Assembly (NCBI GenBank): GCA_002104945.1
Contig: MCFH01000013.1
Location: 868,001 to 932,000, forward strand
Source: Piromyces finnis finn
Taxonomy: Eukaryota; Fungi; Neocallimastigomycota
DNA length: 64,000 nucleotides
Direction: 5' to 3'
The notes under the pieces: generated by a model
The model's database searches: none
Seen by the model: only the letters and a program-made list of their open reading frames with translations
Told to the model about the DNA's origin: nothing
Part shown: in pieces, positions 45,276 to 58,496 of the stretch
Layout of the letters: every line of letters begins with the position of its first letter
Numbering within the stretch: position 1 is the stretch's first letter
Made by a program: the position numbers and the translations under genes

Positions 45276-48085
45276 ATGAAGAAATCAATTAATAATTAGA
45301 TAATTAAATGTGATTGTAATGGTATTAACAATTTATACAACTTTTGAATATATTTAAAGTATTAGCTAGCTTTATGTAGTAGCTATCATCACTTTATTAC
45401 TTTTTATACATACAATTATTATTCATTACAATATATTACATTCTATTATTGAGAAATGTATATTTTATTTATACATTAACTTTGCATACATTTGTACTAT
45501 TGTATCGTACAAATTAAAACCTATTACATACACATTACAGAATGCGAGTAATATACAATAAAAATCATCACTTACACCATAAATTGTGGTATTGGTGATT
45601 TTAAAGACTGCATCGTTTTCAGGTTTAAAGAAAGTAGTTTTTTATCTTTTTTTATTTATTATCAACAATTCAATTAAATTTTATCAAAAATTATTAATTT
45701 AAATAATTATATATATAAAAGTATAATGAGAATAAATGGAAAGTAATTTAAATGTTGAAAAAGGTATTTAAATAAGATTAATATTTATATATGACAATAT
45801 ATAAATTAATTTATTTTTTAATTTTTTTATCAAAATTTTTAAAATTTTTAAAAATTAAAAATTTTAAAATTATCTTTAAATTTTATGATAAAAATTGTTC
45901 TTTTTAGTTGATAATCATATTTCTTATCTCTTCTTCAGTATTATTAGATGAAAGGTACAGAGTAAATCAAAAGAATCACTATTATTGTATATTCGATGAA
46001 TTTATAGATCATTTTATATTATATTAATTATTAGAATGCTGGTAGGTTTTAAGTTTTTTTTTTTTTTAATTCTTTTAACTATAATTTATTGAATACTTTT
46101 GGTGGTGGTGGTGGTGGTGGTGGTGGTGGTGGAGGAATTTATTTACAACCCAACATTTTACTTTTCATTTTCTATTATTAGGATTGTTAAAAGGGGTGGA
46201 GTTCTTACTAAAATAGGAAATATGATAAATTTTAATTATTATTAATTTTGTAAACAAAATCTTATTTTTAATTATTCCAAGCATTTCATTCGTTGATAAG
46301 TTTAATTTAAATATAAATATTATCATATATTATTCTATATATTACTTTACATTAAAATATATTGCAATAAATTTAACGTGGAGTATTTTTAAAATTTTGA
46401 ATGTAATCAACACACCAAAAGTGTGGAGTAAAAAAGTAAAAACAAAGAAAAGTGGTGGTGTGTATAGGAAAAAGAAGAAGGAAACTTTTTTAATAATGTT
46501 TTATAGTAATGGTAATTTTGCAAGGTATGTCATGTCATGTCAATAGAATTTAATAAATTGAATTAATTATTGTTTGTATTTTTTAAAAGAGAAACGTTTG
46601 GTAAAAAAAGGGTTATTAGTAAAAGGCATAAGAATTAAACGTTAAAAGGTGTAAAATAACACCATTAAATATAATTGAATAATAAAAAATTAAAAGACTA
46701 TCAATTTAGTTATAGGATGATTATTAAACTTTTATTTTTTACTAGGTGAAAGACTTGAACGAAAGTCTTTTTTTTTTTTATCATAAATTTATGTGTAACA
46801 TAAATGAATATATAAAAAAAGGCGTTTTTAAAGTTTTAGTGGGTTGATATAGAATCATAAAAATGTGGTGAGATCAATTTTTTTTTTTTATTCTTGTCAT
46901 TAATAGATGATGATCGTATTTTAGGTTGCTGCTGCTGATGGAGGTTGTTAATTGTTGGGTGGTGGTTGGTGTGTGCCTGCTTTTTAATATTCTTTTTATA
47001 TATTATTATTATATATTAGAGTTTTAAATTTCTCTATTCTATTGTATACATATCCATATATTATTTCATGATGATCTAATATATTTGTATTATGAAAATT
47101 CTATATACAATTGTATTTTTATCTGTTTTTATTATAATAGGTTAATATATACAATATAATAAAAAATAATTAATTTATTAAATAAAAAAATCAATATTAT
47201 CAATTGTCAGAATAATATTAAAATTTTCTATTTAAAGTCAAAAATGCCCTCTAATTTTTTGTTTTTCTTTTTACTTTTAAACTTTGATTTGTAATTATAA
47301 TATAATAATATTTTAAATATTATTTATATTTGGAAATAAAAAGGTAAAAGAAAGACTATTTTTTTTTAAAGTGATACCGAATTTATTTTATTTAAATAGT
47401 TATTATTATTTTATTATTTGAAATCAATATTTATAATAACCTATTATTATGAATTGTAATTATTAATATATTAGTTGTTGTAAAAACAATTTAAGAAACA
47501 AATTACTTGATATTTTTTATAAAAAGGTATTTATTATTATTATTATATATATATGTATATTTTAAATAGTAAAATAAAAATTTTGTATATAAAATAAATG
47601 TCATAATGAAAATAAAATTAATATTTAATATGAAAATAATATATCCAAGATTGATACTAACATAAAAAAAAATTGTGTATATAAATAATATCCTATTTTA
47701 TATATAACAGTTTTTAAATATTTTTTATTTTTTAAAATAGTGTGTGTGAAATATTTAAAACTAATAAAAATATAAAGTTACCTTTTTTTAAAAGGTCAGT
47801 GAATATGATAACATTTAAAAAATAATTGAAATAATACTAATATTAATATTATTAAATAAAAAATATAATTGCTAATATATATATAAATAAAAAACTAAAT
47901 AAATAATTAATATAAAATTTATATGTATTTATATATTATAATATATTTGTATAGAAAAAATTAATATTTTATATAAAATTATATCAAAGTACATATAATA
48001 TTTTGGGTATAAAATAAAACATATCTATTTTTATTGGAATACAATTTTAGAATAATTTATTATTTAATAAAATAGAAATAAAAAA

Positions 48086-51000
48086 ATGATGGAATATAAG
48101 GAAGAAGGTTTTCAATCATGGGCTAATGCTTTACCAGAAAAGCAAGGTCTTTATGATCCAGAAAATGAAAAGGATTCTTGTGGTGTCGGTTTTGTTGTTA
48201 GTATTAAGGGAGAACGTTCTAACGATATTTTAGTTAAAGGTAAACCTTTACTTGTAAACATGACTCATAGAGGTGCTGTATCAGCTGATCCAAGAGATGG
48301 TGATGGTGCTGGTGTTATGACCGGTATTCCATATGAATTCTTTGCTGATGATATTAAAGAAAAATTCAAACTCGAATTACCACCACCAGGTCAATATGCT
48401 TGTGGTAACATTTTCTTCAACCCAGAACAAAAGGCTCTTCAAGAAAGTAAGGAAGCCTTTGAAGGTTTTGCTAGTGATCTTGGTTTAATTGTTCTTTGCT
48501 GGCGTGTTGTTCCAACAGATAATTCAATGCTTGGTCCATCTACTCTTTCAAAGGAACCAGCTATTCTTCAACCATTTGTTACTCTTGCTTCTACTTCTGA
48601 TGAAGCTTCTGAATTCGATATGGCCCACTTTGAAAAGCAATTATACTTTTTAAGAAAACAAACTACTCATGCTCTTTCTATTAAGAATTGGTTCTACATT
48701 TGTTCTCTTTCCAACAAAACTATTGTTTACAAGGGTTTATTCACCCCAGTTCAAGTATACAATTATTACCGTGATTTAAATGCTCCAAATTACCTTACTC
48801 ATTTTGCCCTTGTTCACTCTCGTTTCTCAACTAACACCTTCCCAAGTTGGGATAGAGCTCAACCAATGAGATGGTGTGCTCACAATGGTGAAATTAATAC
48901 TTTACGTGGTAATAAGAATTGGATGCGTGCTCGTGAAGGTGTCATGAAATCTGCTACATTCGGTAAGAAAATTGAAGATATTTATCCAATTATTGAAGTT
49001 GGTGGTTCCGATTCTGCTGCTTTCGATAATGTTTTAGAATTATTGGTTATTAATGGTGCATTAACTATGCCAGAAGCTATTATGCTTATGATTCCAGAAG
49101 CTATTTCTTCTGATATTGAAATGGAACCATACAAGCGTAACTTCTATCGCTGGGCTTCTTGTCTTATGGAACCATGGGATGGTCCAGCTTTATTTACTTT
49201 CTCTGATGGTCGTTACGTTGGTGCTAACTTAGATCGTAATGGTTTACGTCCATGCCGTTACTACATTACCAAGGACGACATTATGATTTGTGGTAGTGAA
49301 GTCGGTGCTATCACTACTGAACCAGAAGAAATTTCTTCAAAGGGAAGATTAATGCCAGGAAGAATGCTTTTAGTTGATACTAAGGAAGGTAAGATTATCG
49401 ATGATCGTGAATTAAAGAAGAGCATCTGTAATAAACATGATTTCGGAACATGGATTGAAAACAATATGATTAAACTTGAAAGTGTTGTCAAGTATGCCAA
49501 GGATAACCACTACTTCAAATCCAACATCTTAGATAAAACTACTTTTGCTCAAGACCCAAGAGCTATTGCTTTTGGTTACACTCATGAACAAGTTAATATG
49601 CTTTTCACTCCAATCTTTAATGAAGGTAAGGAAGCTCTCGGAAGTATGGGTAACGATCAACCTTTAGCTTGTCTTTCCCTTCAACCACGTCTTCCATACG
49701 ATTACTTTAGAGAACTCTTTGCTCAAGTTACTAACCCACCAATTGATCCAATTCGTGAAGAAATTATTATGTCTTTAGATTGTGCTGTTGGTCCAGAAGG
49801 TAACATCTTAGAAGTCACTGAAGATCAATGTCAAAGACTTTTCCTTCCATCTCCATTTATTTCTATCGATGAACTTTCTGCTATCAAGGATATGGATAGA
49901 ATGAACCCAACTTGGAGAGTTAAAACTATTGATATTACCTATCCAAAGGAAGAAGGTATTAAGGGTTACATTGCTACATTAGATCGTATTTGTGACGAAG
50001 TTACTCAAGCTATTAACGATGGTTATAAGATTGCTGTTCTTTCTGATAGAAACACTTCTAAGAAGAGAATTGCTATTTCTACTTTAATCGCTGTTGGTGG
50101 TGTTCATCATCATCTTGTTCGTCAAAAGTTACGTTCTCGTATTGCTTTAATTGCTGAAACTGCTGAAGCTCGTGAAGTTCACCACTTCTGTGTTTTAGTT
50201 GGTTATGGTGCTGATGGTATTTGTCCATATCTTGCTCTTGAAATTATGTTCAAGTTACACCGTGAAGGTTTAGTTAACGAAGGTGTCACTTGTGAAAAGA
50301 TTGTTGAAAATTACCGTGATGCTGTTAATCATGGTATTTTAAAGGTTATGTCTAAGATGGGTATTTCCACATTACAATCTTACAAGGGTGCTCAAATTTT
50401 CGAAGCTCTTGGTGTTGATTCATCTGTCGTTGACCGTTGTTTCGTTGGTACCGCTTCCCGTATCAAGGGTATTAACTTTGAAATTTTAGCTCTTGATGCT
50501 ATCTATCTTCACGATAGAGCTTGGCCAACTCGTACTACTGCCAAGTTAAGAACTCTTCCAGAATCTGGTGATTATCACTGGAGACACGGTGGTGAGAACC
50601 GTATTAATACTCCAAAGGCAGTTGCTGAACTCCAAGATGCTGTTCGTAACAAGAATTCAGATGCTTACAAGCGTTACTCTGAAACCTCCCAGGAAGCCAT
50701 CAAGAATTGTACTTTACGTGGTCTCTTAGAATTCAAAAAGAACACCAATTCTATTCCAATTGAATTCGTTGAACCATGGACTAGTATTGTTAAGAGATTC
50801 TGTACTGGTGCCATGTCTTATGGTTCTATTTCATATGAAGCTCACACTACCTTAGCTCTTGCTATGAACCGTTTAGGTGGTAAGAGTAACACTGGTGAAG
50901 GTGGTGAAGATCCAGAACGTTTCAAGAAGCTTGAAAATGGTGACTCTTTACGCTCTGCCATTAAGCAAGTTGCTTCTGGTCGTTTCGGTGTTACCAGTCA

Positions 51001-54000
51001 CTATCTTTCTGAATCTCAAGAACTTCAAATTAAGATGGCTCAAGGTGCTAAGCCAGGTGAAGGTGGTGAATTACCAGGTCATAAGGTTTCTGAAAGTATT
51101 GGTAAGACTAGACATTCTACTCCAGGTGTCGGTCTTATTTCCCCACCACCTCATCATGATATTTATTCTATTGAAGATCTTAAGCAATTAATTTACGATT
51201 TAAAGTGTTCTAACCCAGAAGCTCGTGTTTCTGTTAAGTTAGTATCTGAAGTTGGTGTTGGTATTGTCGCTTCTGGTGTCGCTAAGGCCAAGGCTGATCA
51301 TATCCTTATTTCTGGTCACGATGGTGGTACAGGTGCTTCTAGATTAACTGGTATTAAGTATGCTGGTCTTCCATGGGAATTAGGTCTTGCTGAAACCCAT
51401 CAAACTTTAGTCTTAAACGATCTTAGAGGTCGTGTTGTTCTTCAAACCGATGGTCAAATCAAGACTGGTAGAGATGTTGCCATTGCTTGTTTATTAGGTG
51501 CTGAAGAATTTGGTTTCGCTACTGCTCCATTAATTTCCATGGGTTGTACTATGATGCGTAAGTGTCACTTAAACTCTTGCCCAGTTGGTATTGCTACTCA
51601 AGATCCAGAACTTAGAAAGCGTTTCAAGGGTCAACCAGAACATGTCATTAACTTCTTCTACTATGTTGCCGAAGAATTAAGAGAAATTATGGCCAAGTTA
51701 GGTTTCCGTACCGTTAACGAAATGGTTGGTCGTTCTGATATGTTAAAGGTTAGTGATTCTCTTGTTAATCCAAAGGCTATGACTCTTGATTTAGCTCCAA
51801 TTCTTACTCCAGCTCACACTTTACGTCCAGGTGTTCCAACTTACTGTGTTAGAAAGCAAGATCACACTCTTTGGAAGCGTTTAGATAACAAGGTTATTGA
51901 AGAAGTCAAGTACAAGAAGGAAAAGGGCAGACCAATCGAAACTGTCATGGACTTTGATGTTGTCAATACTGATCGTGCTATTGGTACCACTGTATCTTAC
52001 AACGTTTCTAAGGTCTATAAGGATGCTGGTCTTCCAGACGATACCATTCAATTTAACTTGAAGGGTTCTGCTGGTCAATCTCTTGGTGCTTTCTTAGCTA
52101 AGGGTGTTACCATTAAACTTGAAGGTGATTCTAACGATTACGTTGGTAAAGGTTTATCTGGTGGTCGTATTGTTATTTACCCACCAAAGTGCTCTACCTT
52201 CAATGCTGGTGAAAACATTATCGTAGGTAATGTTTGTTTATATGGTGCCACTAGTGGTGAAGCCTTCATTAATGGTGTTGCTGCTGAACGTTTCTGTGTA
52301 CGTAACAGTGGTGCCATTGCTGTTGTTGAAGGTGTTGGTGATCACGGTTGTGAATACATGACTGGTGGTCGTTGTATTATCCTCGGTAGTGTTGGTCGTA
52401 ACTTTGCTGCTGGTATGAGCGGTGGTATTGCTTACATTTACGATCCAGAAGGTCAATTCCCATCCAAGTGTAACATGGAACTTGTTGGTCTTGAAACCTT
52501 GGAAGAAGAAGAAGATATTGAATTCCTTAAGGAAACCATTACTAAGCATGTTGAATACACCAACTCTGAAAAGGGTAAGGCTTTATTAGATGACTGGGAA
52601 AACACTATAAATGACTTTGTTAAGGTTATGCCAATTGATTACAAGAAGATTCTTCAAGAAAAGAAGAATAAGAAGGTTGAAGGTGAAGAAGAAGCTGCTA
52701 AAAAAACTAATGAAAAGGAAATGGAAAAGAACAAGGAAAAAGCTAATGAAGCTATTGTTGATATTGAAGATATTACTGGTGGTGTTAATGCTGAAGCCAA
52801 GAAGGATATTGAACACTTGGATAAGATTAAGGGATTCATGAAGTACAAGAAGGAAAAGGATCATTACCGTCCAGTTAAGCGTAGAATCAACGATTGGAAG
52901 GAAGTTTCCAAGCGTTTAGATCATGATTCTCTTAAGATCCAAGCTTCTCGTTGTATGGATTGTGGTATTCCATTCTGTCAATCTGACACTGGTTGTCCAC
53001 TTGGTAACATTATTCCAAAGTTCAATGAATTAGTATTCAAGGAACAATGGAAGGAAGCTTTCCTTCGTTTAACCACTACTTCTAACTTCCCAGAATTTAC
53101 TGGTAGAGTTTGTCCAGCTTTATGTGAAGGTGCCTGTTGCTTAGGTGCTCAAAGTGACCCAGTTTCCGTTAAGTCTATTGAAGCTGCTATCATTGACAAG
53201 GCTTGGGAAGAAGGTTGGATTGTTCCAACTCCACCATCCGAACGTACTGGTAAGAGAATTGCCATTATTGGTTCTGGTCCATCTGGTTTAGCTGCTGCTG
53301 ATCAATTAAACAAGGCTGGTCACTCTGTTATTGTTTATGAACGTAATGATCGTATTGGTGGTCTTTTAATGTACGGTATTCCAAACATGAAGTTAGATAA
53401 GGAAATTGTCCAAAGACGTGTTGACTTAATGGCTGCTGAAGGTGTTAAGTTCATCACTGATGCTCATGTTGGTAAGGATCTCGATGCCAGAACCTTACAA
53501 AAGGATAACGATGCCTTATTAATCTGTACTGGTTCTACCTGGCCAAGAGACTTAAAGATTAAGGGTCGTGAATTAAACGGTATCTACTACGCCATGGAAT
53601 ACTTGGAAAGAAACACTAAGAGTTTAATCAATTCTCACTTTACTGATGGTAAGAACATTTCCGTTAAGGATATGAATGTTATTGTTATTGGTGGTGGTGA
53701 TACTGGTAACGATTGTATTGGTTCTGCCATTCGTCAAGGTGCCAAGAGTGTCACTAACTTTGAACTTTTACCACAACCACCAAAGCAACGTGCTCCAGAA
53801 AACCCATGGCCACAATGGCCACGTGTATTCCGTGTCGATTACGGTCATGAAGAAGCTATTAGCAAGTACGGTAAGGATCCAAGAGAATACTGTATCATGT
53901 CTAAGGAATTTGTTGCCGCTCCAACTGGTAACCGTATTGCTGGTATTAAGACTGTTCGTGTTGACTGGAAGAAGGACAGTAACGGTAAATGGGAAATGAC

Positions 54001-54382
54001 TGAAGTTCCAAACTCTGAAAAGATCTTCCCAGCCGATATTGTCTTCCTTAGTATGGGTTTCTGTGGTCCAGAAGATACTATTACTAAGCAATTAGGTGTT
54101 CAACAAGATCGTCGTACTAACATTATTACTCCAAAGGATGGATTCCAAACCTCTATTCCAGGTGTCTTTGCTGCTGGTGATTGTCGTCGTGGTCAATCCT
54201 TAGTTGTTTGGGGTGTTAGTGAAGGTCGTCGTGCTGCTCGTGAAATTGATTTATACTTGATGGGTAATACTGTCTTACCAGTTACTGGTGGTATGACTAA
54301 ACGTGCTCCATCTGATATTCAACTTCAAATTGAAGAAGCTCCACCAACCGCTAACCAAAACAACCACAACATGCACTCTTAA
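48086..54382 (+). CDS. GLT1: NADH-dependent glutamate synthase (GOGAT), eukaryotic fused alpha-beta type, intronless
   Basis: EKDSCGVGF (Ntn Cys), HSRFSTNT, HNGEINT, KMAQGAKPGEGG, FMN and GXGXG domains, SRCMDCGIPFC, IGSGPSGLAAADQL, GDCRRGQSLVVW. Strong codon bias. Confidence 0.98.
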   Translation: MMEYKEEGFQSWANALPEKQGLYDPENEKDSCGVGFVVSIKGERSNDILVKGKPLLVNMTHRGAVSADPRDGDGAGVMTGIPYEFFADDIKEKFKLELPPPGQYACGNIFFNPEQKALQESKEAFEGFASDLGLIVLCWRVVPTDNSMLGPSTLSKEPAILQPFVTLASTSDEASEFDMAHFEKQLYFLRKQTTHALSIKNWFYICSLSNKTIVYKGLFTPVQVYNYYRDLNAPNYLTHFALVHSRFSTNTFPSWDRAQPMRWCAHNGEINTLRGNKNWMRAREGVMKSATFGKKIEDIYPIIEVGGSDSAAFDNVLELLVINGALTMPEAIMLMIPEAISSDIEMEPYKRNFYRWASCLMEPWDGPALFTFSDGRYVGANLDRNGLRPCRYYITKDDIMICGSEVGAITTEPEEISSKGRLMPGRMLLVDTKEGKIIDDRELKKSICNKHDFGTWIENNMIKLESVVKYAKDNHYFKSNILDKTTFAQDPRAIAFGYTHEQVNMLFTPIFNEGKEALGSMGNDQPLACLSLQPRLPYDYFRELFAQVTNPPIDPIREEIIMSLDCAVGPEGNILEVTEDQCQRLFLPSPFISIDELSAIKDMDRMNPTWRVKTIDITYPKEEGIKGYIATLDRICDEVTQAINDGYKIAVLSDRNTSKKRIAISTLIAVGGVHHHLVRQKLRSRIALIAETAEAREVHHFCVLVGYGADGICPYLALEIMFKLHREGLVNEGVTCEKIVENYRDAVNHGILKVMSKMGISTLQSYKGAQIFEALGVDSSVVDRCFVGTASRIKGINFEILALDAIYLHDRAWPTRTTAKLRTLPESGDYHWRHGGENRINTPKAVAELQDAVRNKNSDAYKRYSETSQEAIKNCTLRGLLEFKKNTNSIPIEFVEPWTSIVKRFCTGAMSYGSISYEAHTTLALAMNRLGGKSNTGEGGEDPERFKKLENGDSLRSAIKQVASGRFGVTSHYLSESQELQIKMAQGAKPGEGGELPGHKVSESIGKTRHSTPGVGLISPPPHHDIYSIEDLKQLIYDLKCSNPEARVSVKLVSEVGVGIVASGVAKAKADHILISGHDGGTGASRLTGIKYAGLPWELGLAETHQTLVLNDLRGRVVLQTDGQIKTGRDVAIACLLGAEEFGFATAPLISMGCTMMRKCHLNSCPVGIATQDPELRKRFKGQPEHVINFFYYVAEELREIMAKLGFRTVNEMVGRSDMLKVSDSLVNPKAMTLDLAPILTPAHTLRPGVPTYCVRKQDHTLWKRLDNKVIEEVKYKKEKGRPIETVMDFDVVNTDRAIGTTVSYNVSKVYKDAGLPDDTIQFNLKGSAGQSLGAFLAKGVTIKLEGDSNDYVGKGLSGGRIVIYPPKCSTFNAGENIIVGNVCLYGATSGEAFINGVAAERFCVRNSGAIAVVEGVGDHGCEYMTGGRCIILGSVGRNFAAGMSGGIAYIYDPEGQFPSKCNMELVGLETLEEEEDIEFLKETITKHVEYTNSEKGKALLDDWENTINDFVKVMPIDYKKILQEKKNKKVEGEEEAAKKTNEKEMEKNKEKANEAIVDIEDITGGVNAEAKKDIEHLDKIKGFMKYKKEKDHYRPVKRRINDWKEVSKRLDHDSLKIQASRCMDCGIPFCQSDTGCPLGNIIPKFNELVFKEQWKEAFLRLTTTSNFPEFTGRVCPALCEGACCLGAQSDPVSVKSIEAAIIDKAWEEGWIVPTPPSERTGKRIAIIGSGPSGLAAADQLNKAGHSVIVYERNDRIGGLLMYGIPNMKLDKEIVQRRVDLMAAEGVKFITDAHVGKDLDARTLQKDNDALLICTGSTWPRDLKIKGRELNGIYYAMEYLERNTKSLINSHFTDGKNISVKDMNVIVIGGGDTGNDCIGSAIRQGAKSVTNFELLPQPPKQRAPENPWPQWPRVFRVDYGHEEAISKYGKDPREYCIMSKEFVAAPTGNRIAGIKTVRVDWKKDSNGKWEMTEVPNSEKIFPADIVFLSMGFCGPEDTITKQLGVQQDRRTNIITPKDGFQTSIPGVFAAGDCRRGQSLVVWGVSEGRRAAREIDLYLMGNTVLPVTGGMTKRAPSDIQLQIEEAPPTANQNNHNMHS

Positions 54383-55630
54383 AAAAAAGTGTAATCATTT
54401 TACTCCTCCTCCTCCTCCTCCTCCCTATCTCTCCTATCCTTAACAAAAGAATTATTCTTTTTTTTTTTTTTTTAAAAAAAAAACAAACACAAAAAGCAAA
54501 AATCAAACACAAAAATGCTTTTCAAGTATTATATATCCACTTTAAAAAATGTTTTAATGTTTATATACACTCACCCAAAGGGAAAACCAAGAAAGAAAAA
54601 AAAAACTACCTTCCAAAAAAAAAATAACCAAAATTTCAAAATAAAAAAAAAGTAATTAATTGTATAATAATACCTTTTTAAAATAATACTATTAAATTTT
54701 ATATCATAATAGAAGAAACAACTAAACAAAACAAAAAATAGTTTTTTTTTATCAACAATCAAAATTATTTAAGAATTATTTATATTTATTTATTTTTTTT
54801 AAAAAAAAAATTTTTTTTAAAACTTTTTTTTAATCATTAACTAATAATAGAAAAAGTAGGTAAACTTTTTATCATTAAAATATTATTATATTTTAGAAGA
54901 AAACAAATAGGTGTTTTCTCTCTTTTTTTTTATTTTTAACTTTTATATTTTTTATTTACAGCTAAAATATTTATTATAATCAATGATTAAGGAAAAATAA
55001 CACACACACACACCCATCCTTTTTTGATTTATAAATATTTATAAAGTTAAATAATAATATAAATATATTTTTTTATTAAAAAAAAAAAAAAAAAAAAAAA
55101 AGCATTTAATAAATAAAAAAAAATATAAAATATAAAAATTTAAAGATTTTTTTTTTTTTCTTTTTCATTAGAGTGTCAAAGATTAGAGATAAAATAATAA
55201 TTGGATAAGGGAAAAAAAAAAAGTATTTTATAATAAATAAAGGGAAAATGAACCGACTGGCCAGATCCAATTTCAAATAAATTAATACTACGCATCATTC
55301 TTTTTTTTTTTTTTAAAAAAGTTTTTCTTTTCTCGATTATTATTATTTGTTATGGAGGAGGAAGGTTGTGGAATTCATTGTATAGGTTAAAATTTATGAG
55401 GCATAAGTCTTTTGGTAAAAAAAAAAAGATTTTATTTTTAATTTTTTTTTTTTTTTAATATTTATTATATTTTAATCGTGTTATAATTATTTTATAAAAA
55501 AAAAGGTTTTTAAAGTTTTTTTTTTTAATTTTCTTCTTCTCGGCGGAAATACTCCCGAGATTCTTTATATTAATATAAAAAGTGAAAAAAAAAAAAAAAA
55601 GAATTGATTACGCTTAATAAATATGAATAT

Positions 55631-55696
<66 letters not shown>

Positions 55697-55743
55697 AATA
55701 TCATTTTAATACATAGTTTTCTCAATAATATACAAGGATTTGT

Positions 55744-55789
<46 letters not shown>

Positions 55790-55864
55790 CAAATCATCAT
55801 GATAAATAATTACAGAAAAAAAAAAATCCATCATCAATATACTTTGTATTTAACAATTTCTCCA

Positions 55865-55898
<34 letters not shown>

Positions 55899-56789
55899 GT
55901 AATAAATACTATAGTCCTTTTTTTTTTTTCTCTATTTAAAAAAAAGTCTGGATAAAAGTTTGGTAAAGAAAATATTCTTTTGGTATAACAAAAAAAATAG
56001 CAAGAAGGTTTAATTTACTAGATTATAATATATATTTGATACATAATATGTTTGAAATTTTTTACATATTCAGTGTATCCTTTCTTTTTTTATTATTTTT
56101 CTATGATACCCTACTCTTTTTGATCTTGATAAAGTTAATTATTGTTGATAATAACTCTAATCATACTTGGAGGCATAATAATCATAAACATAATGGTAAT
56201 AATAATAATTAATATCCTAATTTGAATATTTCATTGTCTTATTAATTATTTTTCAGAATGCTTTGATTGAAATTTTTATAATAAAAGATTATTCAACTTT
56301 TATAATTCTACATATTAAATGTTTTTTTTTTTTTTTTAATAAAATTTGTATAATTATCAACTTTTTTTTACTTTTGAGTTTATAAAATTTAAATATTTTA
56401 GATCTATGATTATATACATCACTATTTATATGTATGAATTATTCTTGAGTGTATTAATAGTCAGTACTAATGGTTAAACTTTAGGATTTTTTTTTTTCAA
56501 AGTTGTTTTTTAAAAAATTCATTTGGAATTATTTTGTATTTCAAGTATAAATCATGTTCTATTATCGAAAACTTGTGGGAAATTAATAGGTATAAAAAGT
56601 ATTACATATTCGTTTTTAGTATTGTTTCTTTTCTTCTTTTACCAATGAATAATGATTAGAATTAAATATTGAAATGAATTTTTTTTACAATTTTTAATAC
56701 TAATTTTTATATGATTTTAACCTTTTTTTTTTTTTAATTATTAAAATTTAAAAATTAAAGTTTAAAATTTTTTATATATATGGTACAGT

Positions 56790-56822
<33 letters not shown>

Positions 56823-56846
56823 ACTCCAACCCAAAATTGTTGAAAT

Positions 56847-57194
56847 ATGGCAGATGAAATTCGTAAAGATTCGTCACTAGATGATGATAGTAATATAGAA
56901 GAATTAGGCCATAAAATAGAAAACATAGCAATAAAAGATACAATTGAAGATAATAAAGAAACATCAGTTAATTCGGTAACAGTACAAGATGATAACAATT
57001 TATTAAATAAATTAAAGAAATTTAATAATGTAACTGAACTAAGAAAAGAAATGTCAAGATTAGGTTTAAGTTTAAAAGGAAATAAAGATGAATTAAAAAA
57101 AAGATATAAAAAATATATAAAAAAACAAGAAGAAAAAGAAAAGAATAAGTAAATTTTGATTATTTTCAACTATTTATTATTATTAATTAAATTA

Positions 57195-57227
<33 letters not shown>

Positions 57228-58496
57228 TTTTTTTTTTTTTTACTTTTATTTAATTCGAAATCCGTTTTAATACATTTAATAATAATACAATAATTATTAA
57301 CACTATTATCTTTTATCTATTTTATTTTCTATCTCTATAAATTCCTTTTTTTATTTTTTGAAAAAAAAAAAAAAAGGAATAAAGTATATCAAACACCACA
57401 ACCTTTTAAATATTATTGTGTAATTGATTATGAAGCAACATGTGTAGAAGGTGGTGGCCTTGATTATCCAAATGAAATTATTGAATTTCCAGCAGTTTTA
57501 GTTAGAAGTTGGACAAATACCGTTGTATGTATTTTAAAGAATTACAAAAATAATTTTTTTTTACTCACTATTTATTTTTAACTTTAATGTATTAATCACC
57601 ACCATCTCTCTTTTTTTTTTTTTTTTTTTAATTAAAATTTAAAAATATTAAAAAGGAAGATGAATTTCATGAATATGTTAAACCAATAAACGAACCCATA
57701 TTAACACAATATTGTAAAGATTTAACGGGAATAACACAAGTATGTATATCTATTATCTAATTGAATTGTAGTTTTAATTTGAAATTTCTCAAACCATATT
57801 ATTATTATTTGTTTTATATTAAATCATTTTATTTATTTTATACTCTATATATTTTTATATTATATTATACTATTACTATTACTATTACTATTACTATTAC
57901 TATTACTATTACTATTACTATTACTATTACTATTACTATTATTATTACTATTACTATTACTATTACTATTACTATTACTATTACTATTACTATTACTATT
58001 ACTATTACTATTACTATTACTATTACCGATTACTATTTTATTTTTTATTTTATTTTATTTATTTATTTATTTTTTTTTTTTGAAATTATCCTAGGAACAA
58101 GTAGATAAAGCAGACTATTTCCCAAAAGTATTAGAAAAATTTGAAAAATGGTTAAATTTATATTCAGAGTTTCCATATCAAAATGTATGTTTTGTTACCG
58201 ATGGACCATGGGATATTCGTGACTTTATTCGTAAACAATGTATAATATCTCAGATAGAAAGACCCGTCTACTTTTATAAATGGAATAATTTACGAAAGAC
58301 ATTTAAATATTTTTATAAGCTAAGTAATCAAAAACGTCTTAATGAGATGTTAGAATATCTAGGTATGACTTTTGAAGGTCATGAACATTGTGGATTAGAT
58401 GATACCCGTAATATAACAAGAATCGTTCAACGAATGTTGGATTCAAAATGTTTTTTTAAATATAATATAGAATATCCTTTATCAAAAAAACAATAG
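56847..58496 (+). CDS. ERI1-family 3'-5' exoribonuclease (SAP domain + DEDDh); 4 exons
   Basis: SAP: VTELRKEMSRLGLSLKGNKDELKKR. Nuclease: VIDYEATC, EIIEFPAV, FHEYVKP, LTGITQ|EQVDKA, VTDGPWDI, FEGHEHCGLDDTRNI. Introns about 57149-57376, 57524-57656 and 57740-58094. Confidence 0.92.
57869..58026. repeat. (ACTATT)n hexanucleotide microsatellite in the exonuclease intron
   Basis: Direct reading; it explains the spurious poly-(IT) ORF. Confidence 0.95.

Noticed and set aside
46749-46779. Hairpin AAAGACT/AGTCTTT followed by a T-run (terminator- or ncRNA-like)
   Set aside because: Short AT-rich stem in a eukaryote with no tRNA, snoRNA or Pol III promoter features nearby.
42890-48085. GATA sites or carbon-nitrogen co-regulation in the divergent MFS-GLT1 region
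   Set aside because: GATAA words are uninformative at this AT content, and adjacency alone is not evidence.
48086-54382. Horizontal transfer of GLT1 suggested by higher GC and lack of introns
   Set aside because: Fused alpha-beta eukaryotic architecture and the same codon preference as RPS9 explain it.
56574-56581. TGTGGGAA (CSL consensus) upstream of the ERI1-like gene
   Set aside because: A single 7-8-mer is expected by chance in 64 kb, and it is not clustered.
54383-56846. Short ORFs and long A/T homopolymers downstream of GLT1
   Set aside because: Low-complexity intergenic DNA with no TSD, RT remnant or coherent exon chain.
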